Source of the DNA: an uncultured virus (IMG/VR IMGVR_UViG_3300021138_000003)
Lineage: Duplodnaviria > Heunggongvirae > Uroviricota > Caudoviricetes
Virus record (IMG/VR): IMGVR_UViG_3300021138_000003
DNA: 64,000 bases
Direction: 5' to 3' (one strand)
Positions 57,137 to 64,000 of the stretch are shown here, piece by piece. Both the position numbers and the translations under genes were made by a program. How positions within the stretch are numbered: the stretch's first letter is position 1; each line of letters opens with the position of its first letter. The notes beneath the pieces were generated by a model. That model was given only the letters and a program-made list of their open reading frames with translations, was not told the DNA's origin and ran no database searches.

Positions 57137-57406
57137 ATGAGTAAAGTTTTTGGCAACGCTGAATTAGCGAAGCTCAAGCAGTTGGTTAACGAAGGTGTTA
57201 CCGTCCTTCAAGAAGTTGAAGATCTTACCCAAGGTCTTAACGACACAATTAAAGCAGTTGCAGAAGAATTAGAAGTAAAGCCTGCAATTATCAAGAAAGC
57301 AATTAAAGTTGCACAAAAGGGTAACTGGGAAAACGTATTCAGCGACTTCGACGATCTCGAAACTATCGTTGCTGCTACCGGCCATGATACCCGCAGTAAT
57401 CCCTAA
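57137..57406 (+). CDS. Small dsDNA-binding protein (T4 DsbA/DUF2312-like)
   Basis: Helical pattern IKAVAEELEVKPAIIKKAIKVA; SD AGGAG. Confidence 0.55.
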   Translation: MSKVFGNAELAKLKQLVNEGVTVLQEVEDLTQGLNDTIKAVAEELEVKPAIIKKAIKVAQKGNWENVFSDFDDLETIVAATGHDTRSNP

Positions 57407-57436
57407 AATTAGATAATTAAAGTATATAGAGTATGG

Positions 57437-57486
57437 TGTGACGAGCCACAAATCGTCGCGAAGAAGGTTGCCGGCCATAAGCGGTA
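57437..57486 (+). promoter_or_regulatory. Tandem hairpins with GCCAYAAR octaloops upstream of the polymerase operon
   Basis: TGTGACGA-GCCACAAA-TCGTCGCG and TGCCG-GCCATAAG-CGGTA. Confidence 0.55.
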
Positions 57487-57623
57487 TGGAAAATAAAATG
57501 ATAAAAGAAGAAAGAGAATTTCTCTGCGAATCGTGTATCGATATCGATTATTGCACTACACGTTGCAAACTCCAAGAACAATTAAGTGAAGATGTAGAAG
57601 TCATTCGGGAGGAATCTGAATGA
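57486..57623 (+). CDS. Small Cys-rich protein
   Basis: CESC...C...C; overlaps polB start (ATGA). Confidence 0.45.
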   Translation: MENKMIKEEREFLCESCIDIDYCTTRCKLQEQLSEDVEVIREESE

Positions 57624-59251
57624 GTTACGTTGACGCACGATGGGACCGCGACAATGATGTCGTGCAAGTCGTAGAGCGCGACCCAAAATTAGGTCGCATC
57701 TACCAAGAATATCCGGCAAGATACGTGTTCTATTATCCAGATCAAAAAGGTAAGCACACAAGCATTTTCGGAGATCCGTTAAGCAAAGTAGTTGCTAAAA
57801 ACTGGAAAGAATATACCAAAGAACAAAAGATTCATAGTGGTCATAAGCTGTTTGAGAGTGACATTAATCCAGTATTTCGGTGTCTAGAAGAGAACTATCT
57901 AGGTCGAGACGAATCTAAACTCAACGTTGCATTTTGGGATATCGAGGTGGACTTCGATCCTGAACGAGGATATGCAAGTCCCGACGATGCGTTTATGCCA
58001 ATTACCGCAATAGCAGTTCACCTACAATGGCTAGATACATTAGTATGTTTGGCTGTTCCACCTAAAACCTTAACTATGGCGGAGGCGCAGGAGTTAATCA
58101 AAGATATTCCTAACACAATTCTATACGAAACTGAAGCAGAAATGTTAGACACATTTCTAAATCTAATCGAAGATGCAGACGTGCTTAGTGGTTGGAACAG
58201 TGAGGGATTTGATATGCCCTACACTGTGAATCGAATCATTAAAACGTTAAGCAAGGAAGATACTCGCAGATTGTGTTTGTGGAATCAATTTCCAAAACGT
58301 CGTGAATATGAAAAGTACGGAAAAGCTGCCGTCACTTATGATATTTCAGGGCGTGTACACCTTGATAGTCTCGAACTTTATCGTAAGTATACATACGAAG
58401 AACGTCATAGCTATCGATTAGATGCTATCGGTGAAATGGAAGTCGGTGAAACTAAAACGGTATACGAAGGCACACTTGATCAGCTTTACAACAATGACTT
58501 CCGAAAATTCATTGAATATAACCGGCAGGACACTGCACTACTCGATAAGTTAGATAAGAAATTAAAATTTATCGATCTTGCGAACTCGATTGCACACGAA
58601 AACACCGTTCTATTGCAAACAACAATGGGCGCTGTTGCTGTTACAGAACAGGCAATTATTAACGAAGCCCATAGACATGGTCTAATTGTTCCAAGTCGCA
58701 CACGCAAAGATGATCGTGGCGATACGCAGGCCGCAGGTGCATACGTTGCATATCCCAAGAAGGGATTGCATGAATGGATTGGGTCGATGGATATTAACTC
58801 ACTGTATCCATCAGCAATTCGTGCGCTGAATATGGGTCCAGAAACAATTATCGGACAGCTACGACCAGATTATACTACTCCGGAAATTGAAGCAAAAATG
58901 GCTCGAGGAATGAGCTTTGCTGCTGCGTGGGAAGGCAAATTTGGTAGTAATGAATACGAATTTGTCATGAATCGAGACAAAGCCCACGATATCATTGTCG
59001 ATTGGGAAGACGGATCGACTGATGTGCTTAGTGGTGCTCAAATTTACGATGTAATTTTCGAAACTAACAAGCCGTGGATGATCAGTGCCAATGGAACTAT
59101 CTTTACCTACGAAAAGGAAGGTATTATTCCAGGTCTTCTAAAACGTTGGTATGCGGAGCGGCAATCATTACAGGCCGAACTGAAGTCATATATTGAACTT
59201 TCGTCCGGAATTGACATTGATGATCAATTTATAGAGTCATTGACAATATAA
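57620..59251 (+). CDS. Family B DNA polymerase, N-terminal half (exonuclease + motif A)
   Basis: ExoI DIE, ExoII WNSEGFD, ExoIII YNRQD, motif A DINSLYPS; ends after first fingers helix. Confidence 0.95.
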   Translation: MSYVDARWDRDNDVVQVVERDPKLGRIYQEYPARYVFYYPDQKGKHTSIFGDPLSKVVAKNWKEYTKEQKIHSGHKLFESDINPVFRCLEENYLGRDESKLNVAFWDIEVDFDPERGYASPDDAFMPITAIAVHLQWLDTLVCLAVPPKTLTMAEAQELIKDIPNTILYETEAEMLDTFLNLIEDADVLSGWNSEGFDMPYTVNRIIKTLSKEDTRRLCLWNQFPKRREYEKYGKAAVTYDISGRVHLDSLELYRKYTYEERHSYRLDAIGEMEVGETKTVYEGTLDQLYNNDFRKFIEYNRQDTALLDKLDKKLKFIDLANSIAHENTVLLQTTMGAVAVTEQAIINEAHRHGLIVPSRTRKDDRGDTQAAGAYVAYPKKGLHEWIGSMDINSLYPSAIRALNMGPETIIGQLRPDYTTPEIEAKMARGMSFAAAWEGKFGSNEYEFVMNRDKAHDIIVDWEDGSTDVLSGAQIYDVIFETNKPWMISANGTIFTYEKEGIIPGLLKRWYAERQSLQAELKSYIELSSGIDIDDQFIESLTI

Positions 59252-59920
59252 TCGTAATTGTTCAAGTGACGAAACGAAAAGAAAATTATCAACCAGTTTT
59301 TGTTTTTTGTAAATCCTTTCTAGATACCAAGGCTTGTTAATGGTGCTTATTTCAATATATAAATTTTTACTTTTGATATATGCATCACATTCTTTTTTTG
59401 AATTATTTGGATATTTTTTATGAAGTTGTATATCGTCACTACCATATATAGACATCAAATATTCGCAACAATCACGTTCTATTTGCGAATAATAAGTTCT
59501 CCCATTTTCAGTAACAGGTATACTCCAGGTGGGACGCAGGACACGAGGTTTGCATTCAAGACACCTAACGGTTTTGCGCAATGCTCTATCGAGAGTTGTA
59601 GTGATACAATTCCCACACAAATGAGTTAGTTTTATCAAAGAATATGAATTAATGTATTCATTACTATCTGAAAAACTCCAGCCTATATTTTTAAGTTGTT
59701 GTTGAACAATCGATAAAGGTTTACGAATACGAAGTTTATAACAATGTCTACATTCTTTACCGTCTCTGAGAACACCGGGACGTGTCCTCCAGACATTGTT
59801 ACAAACAAGACATAAATGATCAATAGGAGTATTCATATTAATATATCGATCAAGCGGAACAACTTTTCTAGGTTCAATCATATTGGTATATTGTTCATGT
59901 GTATATTTTATATTAGACAT
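59237..59920 (-). CDS. Putative homing endonuclease (Zn-ribbon repeats + PD-(D/E)xK-like nuclease) inserted antisense within polB
   Basis: CLVC, CRHC, H.CG, CLEC; SQIE...CDAY...YIEI nuclease-like motif; AT-rich. Confidence 0.7.
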   Translation of the reverse strand: MSNIKYTHEQYTNMIEPRKVVPLDRYINMNTPIDHLCLVCNNVWRTRPGVLRDGKECRHCYKLRIRKPLSIVQQQLKNIGWSFSDSNEYINSYSLIKLTHLCGNCITTTLDRALRKTVRCLECKPRVLRPTWSIPVTENGRTYYSQIERDCCEYLMSIYGSDDIQLHKKYPNNSKKECDAYIKSKNLYIEISTINKPWYLERIYKKQKLVDNFLFVSSLEQLRLYCQ

Positions 59921-59967
59921 ATTTCTCTCGCTAAATAGTTTCATATTTAGCATTTAAAGGAAAAGAA

Positions 59968-61176
59968 ATGCAAGCAATAGAAATTAAAAAATTAATTAAA
60001 GAAAAAAACGTCAAAGAATTACGCAAGTTGATACACGCAGGAATTTTAACTGTTAACGACGGGAAAATTTCTTTAACTGATAAAAATTATGCCAATGCTC
60101 AAATAGAATATTGGGATAAACGTCAGCTAGTTAAGAAGATTAACTTGAACAGTTTGTATGGTGCCATTCTTAACGCAGGTTGCAGATTCTTCGACAAACG
60201 TATCGGTCAAAGTACCACGCTCACTGGTCGTCGTATTGCTCGCCACATGGCAGGTAAGGTTAATGAATATATCACCGGAGATTACGATCATATTGGTAAA
60301 AGTGTAATTTACGGTGACACTGACTCTGTTTATTTCAGTGCATGGCCTATTTTGAAAACTGATATTCAAAAGGGATTAATTCCTTGGAACAAGGACACAG
60401 TTATTCAACTATACGATCAGATTTCAGACGAAGTAAACTCTACATTTCCACAATTCATGCTAGATGATTTTCATTGCCCTAAGTCGCGCGGCGAAGTTAT
60501 TAAAGCAGGTCGTGAAATTGTTGCAGACCGTGGATTGTTTATTACAAAGAAGCGTTATGCAGTTCGTTATTACGATAAGGAAGGCAAGCGTCAAGACAAG
60601 GATGGCAAGGAAGGCAAAGTCAAAGCAATGGGCTTAGATCTCAAGCGTTCAGATACTCCGGAATTCATGCAAGACTTCTTAAGTGAAATCCTCGAAAGAG
60701 TACTAGACGGTGCTCCTGAGCAGGAAATCCTAGATCGCATCAGCGAATTCCGAACTGCATTTAAGGCCAGACCAGGCTGGGAAAAAGGATCGCCAAAGCG
60801 AGCAAATAACATTGCAGAATATCAGGCCAAAGAAAAGAAGTACGGTAAGGCAAATATGCCCGGACACGTTCGTGCTAGTATTAATTGGAACACCCTTAAA
60901 ACCATGCATGGTGACAAATACAGTCAGCAGATTGTCGACGGTATGAAAGTTATTGTCTGCAAGGTAAAGGATAATCCGCTCGGCTATACTAGTGTCGCAT
61001 ATCCGGTCGACGAACTTCGGTTGCCGCCATGGTTTCGAGAACTACCATTTAATCATGCCGATATGGAAACAGCGATTATTAACAACAAACTAGATAATCT
61101 TATCGGCGTGCTAGACTGGGATTTAGAATCAACTACACAAAACAATACATTTGGTAGTTTATTTTCGTTTGATTGA
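59968..61176 (+). CDS. Family B DNA polymerase, C-terminal half (motifs B and C, thumb)
   Basis: QLVKKINLNSLYG, YGDTDS, KKRYA; own SD AAGGA. Confidence 0.95.
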   Translation: MQAIEIKKLIKEKNVKELRKLIHAGILTVNDGKISLTDKNYANAQIEYWDKRQLVKKINLNSLYGAILNAGCRFFDKRIGQSTTLTGRRIARHMAGKVNEYITGDYDHIGKSVIYGDTDSVYFSAWPILKTDIQKGLIPWNKDTVIQLYDQISDEVNSTFPQFMLDDFHCPKSRGEVIKAGREIVADRGLFITKKRYAVRYYDKEGKRQDKDGKEGKVKAMGLDLKRSDTPEFMQDFLSEILERVLDGAPEQEILDRISEFRTAFKARPGWEKGSPKRANNIAEYQAKEKKYGKANMPGHVRASINWNTLKTMHGDKYSQQIVDGMKVIVCKVKDNPLGYTSVAYPVDELRLPPWFRELPFNHADMETAIINNKLDNLIGVLDWDLESTTQNNTFGSLFSFD

Positions 61177-61238
61177 AAATAATCATTGACCTTTAACCAA
61201 AACCTAAATATAATACACAACAAAGGATAAAAATAAAA

Positions 61239-61973
61239 ATGCTTGATCTACTTAAAGACATTGTATCACATACACATAACTTAGGCTTCTTAAACATCGT
61301 AAAGATTACAGGCGATGAAGAATCTACAAAAATCGACAGCATGGCAGACGATCGGTCTGTTATCATGTATGGCGAAGTAAACAATGCAGTTCCGGAAATG
61401 CAGGGCGTATTCGGTATGCCGCAGCTTAACAAACTAAAGATCCACTTAGATTGCCCGGAATACAAAGACAAGGCAAAGATTGACATCGTAACTGCCGATC
61501 GCAATGGTGTTAATTTGCCCGTTGGTCTGCACTTTGAAAATGCTGCAGGTGACTTCAAGAACGATTATCGATTCATGAACACTGAAATCATTAACGAAAA
61601 GCTAAAGACTGTTAAGTTCCGCGGTGTTACATGGACTGTTGAAGTTGAGCCAAGTGTTGCTGCTATTCAGCGTTTTCAATTTCAGGCCGCAGCAAACAAT
61701 GAACACACAACATTCTTAACCAAGACCGACGGCGGTAATCTAAAATTTATCTTCGGCGATCAAAGCACACACGGTGGTGAATTTGTGTTTGCAACAGGCG
61801 TTACTGGTAATTTGTCAAAAGCATGGACTTGGCCAGTTAGCCAAGTATTGAGCATTCTTAAGATTGCAGATGCTAACAATGCTAAATTGAGCATCAGTAA
61901 TGAAGGTGCAATGCAGATCACATTAGATAGTGGGATTGCAACTTATCAGTATATTATTCCGGCGCAGGCATGA
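61239..61973 (+). CDS. Sliding clamp (gp45/PCNA-like)
   Basis: Size, beta-rich two-domain pattern, position after polB, YIIP C-terminus. Confidence 0.6.
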   Translation: MLDLLKDIVSHTHNLGFLNIVKITGDEESTKIDSMADDRSVIMYGEVNNAVPEMQGVFGMPQLNKLKIHLDCPEYKDKAKIDIVTADRNGVNLPVGLHFENAAGDFKNDYRFMNTEIINEKLKTVKFRGVTWTVEVEPSVAAIQRFQFQAAANNEHTTFLTKTDGGNLKFIFGDQSTHGGEFVFATGVTGNLSKAWTWPVSQVLSILKIADANNAKLSISNEGAMQITLDSGIATYQYIIPAQA

Positions 61974-62335
61974 TAAAGAATATTTCCGCAACAGGAAGGT
62001 ACATACAGGTGCAAGGCGGAATGCCCTCACCTGTATATTTCAACAACTTTAGTGGTGCAATGGGTGTCGGTGACGTAAGATATAACACAAATTCTCAGTC
62101 ACTTGAAGTTTACGACGGCACCACTTGGATGCAATTTCAGGACGGATATCCTATGATAAGTCTCACCACCGAGGCAGAAACATTGTTAGATTGGGCTCGT
62201 GAGCAGCGTAATAAGCAATGGGAATTAGATGAACTAGCTAAAACCAAACCTGCCGTACAAGCCGCAATAGCAAACCTAAATAACGCCAAAGCACAGTTAG
62301 AAGCAACTGTGATATTAAGCAAAGAGACATTATGA
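61970..62335 (+). CDS. Hypothetical protein
   Basis: GDVRYN...LEVYDG..W; LLDWAR. Confidence 0.7.
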   Translation: MIKNISATGRYIQVQGGMPSPVYFNNFSGAMGVGDVRYNTNSQSLEVYDGTTWMQFQDGYPMISLTTEAETLLDWAREQRNKQWELDELAKTKPAVQAAIANLNNAKAQLEATVILSKETL

Positions 62336-63972
62336 CACGACCACCAGTTAATTTAACTCCATTGCAGAAAGACTACGCTGTCTATTTGCCAGCTATCAGT
62401 AGTTTTTACAGCACATATATTGCCAAGCAACGATTAGAAGAGTTTGTGCCAACAGAAAGAATTCCAGCAGGATTCGATCGAGGTATCGAAGGTATGAACT
62501 TCTTAAATCCCGAAGAAGGATACTTTACCTATAAGTATGCACTTTATTCTGCAGGTCATGCCCAGCTAGATGTAGTTAAAGCACAAACACAAGAAAGCAT
62601 GATTCAACAGCGCGACCGAAATAATACAATGATTTTAGGCGACTCGGGCGGTTATCAGATTGGTAAGGGTGTTCTTAAGTTTGATTGGTTAAATTTTGAC
62701 GGTCCTGCTGCAAACAAGACCCGTCAGAGTATCTTAGAATGGCTCGAAGTCACTGCTGACTGGTCCATGATGTTAGACGTTCCGACTTGGGCCTGCGATC
62801 ATATTCACAGTGAAAAAACAGGACTAAAAACGTTCGAAGATTGCTTAGATAAAACACGGTTCAATAATGATTACTTTTTAAAGAATCGGTTAGGTCAGAC
62901 TAAATGGCTGAATGTGTTGCAGGGCAGTGACTGGGATACTGCTGAAAAGTGGTATCAAGGCGTTAAGGAATTTAGTGATCCGGCTGGTCCATATGCAGGT
63001 AAAGAAGCAGAAGGCTGGGCATTCGGTGGTGCTAATATGTGCAAGATGGATATCACTCTTAAGCGCCTAATGACCCTTAGAGAAGACGGTTTGTTAACAA
63101 ACAAAAACTGGATTCACTTCTTGGGCACCGCACAACTTGATTGGAGTTGCTATCTAACTCTAATTCAGCGACAGGTCAGAAAACATATTAATCCAGAACT
63201 TACAATTTCGTTTGACTGTGCTAGTCCGTTTATCGCAACAGCACACGGGCTAGTTTATACTAACGCAGTTCACACTCCGAAACGGTGGTCAGTTATTATG
63301 GATAAGGCACCAGATAATAAATCACTTGCTGAATCGGATATTCCATTTCCGTTTGAATCAGAATTCGGTCGTAGATTAACAATGGGTGACATTGCTTACT
63401 ACAATCTCGGCGTACCGAAAACACAAGAGGAACTAGGCAAAGGTGTCACATTTGATCACTTAAATCCTGATCATTACGTTGAAGTTCCTAAGCTAAACAA
63501 ATTAGGTAAAATTCCTAACAAAACCTCTTGGGATAGTTTTAGCTATGCACTAATGATGGGTCACAATGTATACTGCCACATTGTTGCTGTGCAGAGAGCA
63601 CAACAGTTAATGGATATCGAACTCGTTAAGACCAAGGGCAAATTGCACTGGAAGCACTGGAAAAAGGTCAAAGCCGCAGATATGAGTGACGAATACAGTG
63701 ATTGGGTTCCGCGCAATATTCTTTACTTTAACAGCTTTATCGAAGACTTGTTCAACACCAAGACCAAAGAAGAAGCATTCGAAATGATTGATAGTCGTCA
63801 AGGAAAAGCATTCTTAACTGATCTAGAAGGTGCTCGACTACAAGGTGGGCCTGCTCAAAATCACTTCGGTAACTTGTTCGATGTAGAAACAGTAACTAAG
63901 CAAATCGAAATCGATCTAGCAAATCCCGACGACGATGACCTTCGCGCTCTAGAAGAAAGCATCGACGAATGA
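62332..63972 (+). CDS. TGT-fold base-exchange enzyme (DpdA/queuine tRNA-ribosyltransferase-like)
   Basis: DSGGYQ, MMLDVP, NVLQG, WAFGG, HFLG, SFD, HN motifs. Confidence 0.75.
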   Translation: MTRPPVNLTPLQKDYAVYLPAISSFYSTYIAKQRLEEFVPTERIPAGFDRGIEGMNFLNPEEGYFTYKYALYSAGHAQLDVVKAQTQESMIQQRDRNNTMILGDSGGYQIGKGVLKFDWLNFDGPAANKTRQSILEWLEVTADWSMMLDVPTWACDHIHSEKTGLKTFEDCLDKTRFNNDYFLKNRLGQTKWLNVLQGSDWDTAEKWYQGVKEFSDPAGPYAGKEAEGWAFGGANMCKMDITLKRLMTLREDGLLTNKNWIHFLGTAQLDWSCYLTLIQRQVRKHINPELTISFDCASPFIATAHGLVYTNAVHTPKRWSVIMDKAPDNKSLAESDIPFPFESEFGRRLTMGDIAYYNLGVPKTQEELGKGVTFDHLNPDHYVEVPKLNKLGKIPNKTSWDSFSYALMMGHNVYCHIVAVQRAQQLMDIELVKTKGKLHWKHWKKVKAADMSDEYSDWVPRNILYFNSFIEDLFNTKTKEEAFEMIDSRQGKAFLTDLEGARLQGGPAQNHFGNLFDVETVTKQIEIDLANPDDDDLRALEESIDE

Positions 63973-64000
63973 AGAGAGATTACACCACAGGCGTTTCAAC

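Noticed and set aside
59237..59967. Group I intron or split intein in polB
   Set aside because: The insert is filled by an antisense ORF with no recognisable P/Q/R/S core, there are no intein terminal residues, and the second half has its own SD and ATG.
1..64000. Stop-codon reassignment (TAG read as sense)
   Set aside because: Only one in-frame TAG was seen, in a mobile endonuclease. TAG terminates the clamp loader (37517) and the DnaE fragment (33372), and long genes are intact in code 11.

Overview
A 64-kb segment of a large T4-like (Rak2/GAP32-style) jumbo myophage genome. It uses the standard genetic code and is almost entirely on the + strand, with sigma70-like early promoters (TTGACN-N17-TATAAT) and T4-type late promoters (TATAAATA). 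In order, it carries: an RNA-repair-like block (Ro/TROVE-like VWA protein, metallophosphoesterase, Rnl1 ligase, PNK); an HldE-like sugar-nucleotide and glycosyltransferase block; an aberrant tRNA-like gene; host-like metabolic and proteostasis genes (RimK, dCMP deaminase, ClpP, QueD, UVDE, SOD, SufC/D-like, GroES, MazG, PhoH, SpeD, DnaJ, Def, ClpA, Dps); tail fibre and baseplate genes; spanins; a cluster of modular putative head polyproteins with tandem nucleotidyltransferases; and a replication block (split family-B polymerase, clamp, TGT/DpdA-like enzyme). The most notable observations are: (1) a three-helix RNA motif with extensive covariation, found three times directly upstream of the start codons of unrelated free-standing homing endonuclease genes (two GIY-YIG, one HNH); (2) a PolB gene split in the fingers domain by an antisense endonuclease, with new terminal extensions on both halves; (3) a preQ1-I-like pseudoknot upstream of queD; (4) a tRNA-Leu-like RNA with rearranged arms; (5) RBS-sequestering and operator-like hairpins. 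All family calls are by motif recognition; no database searches were run.
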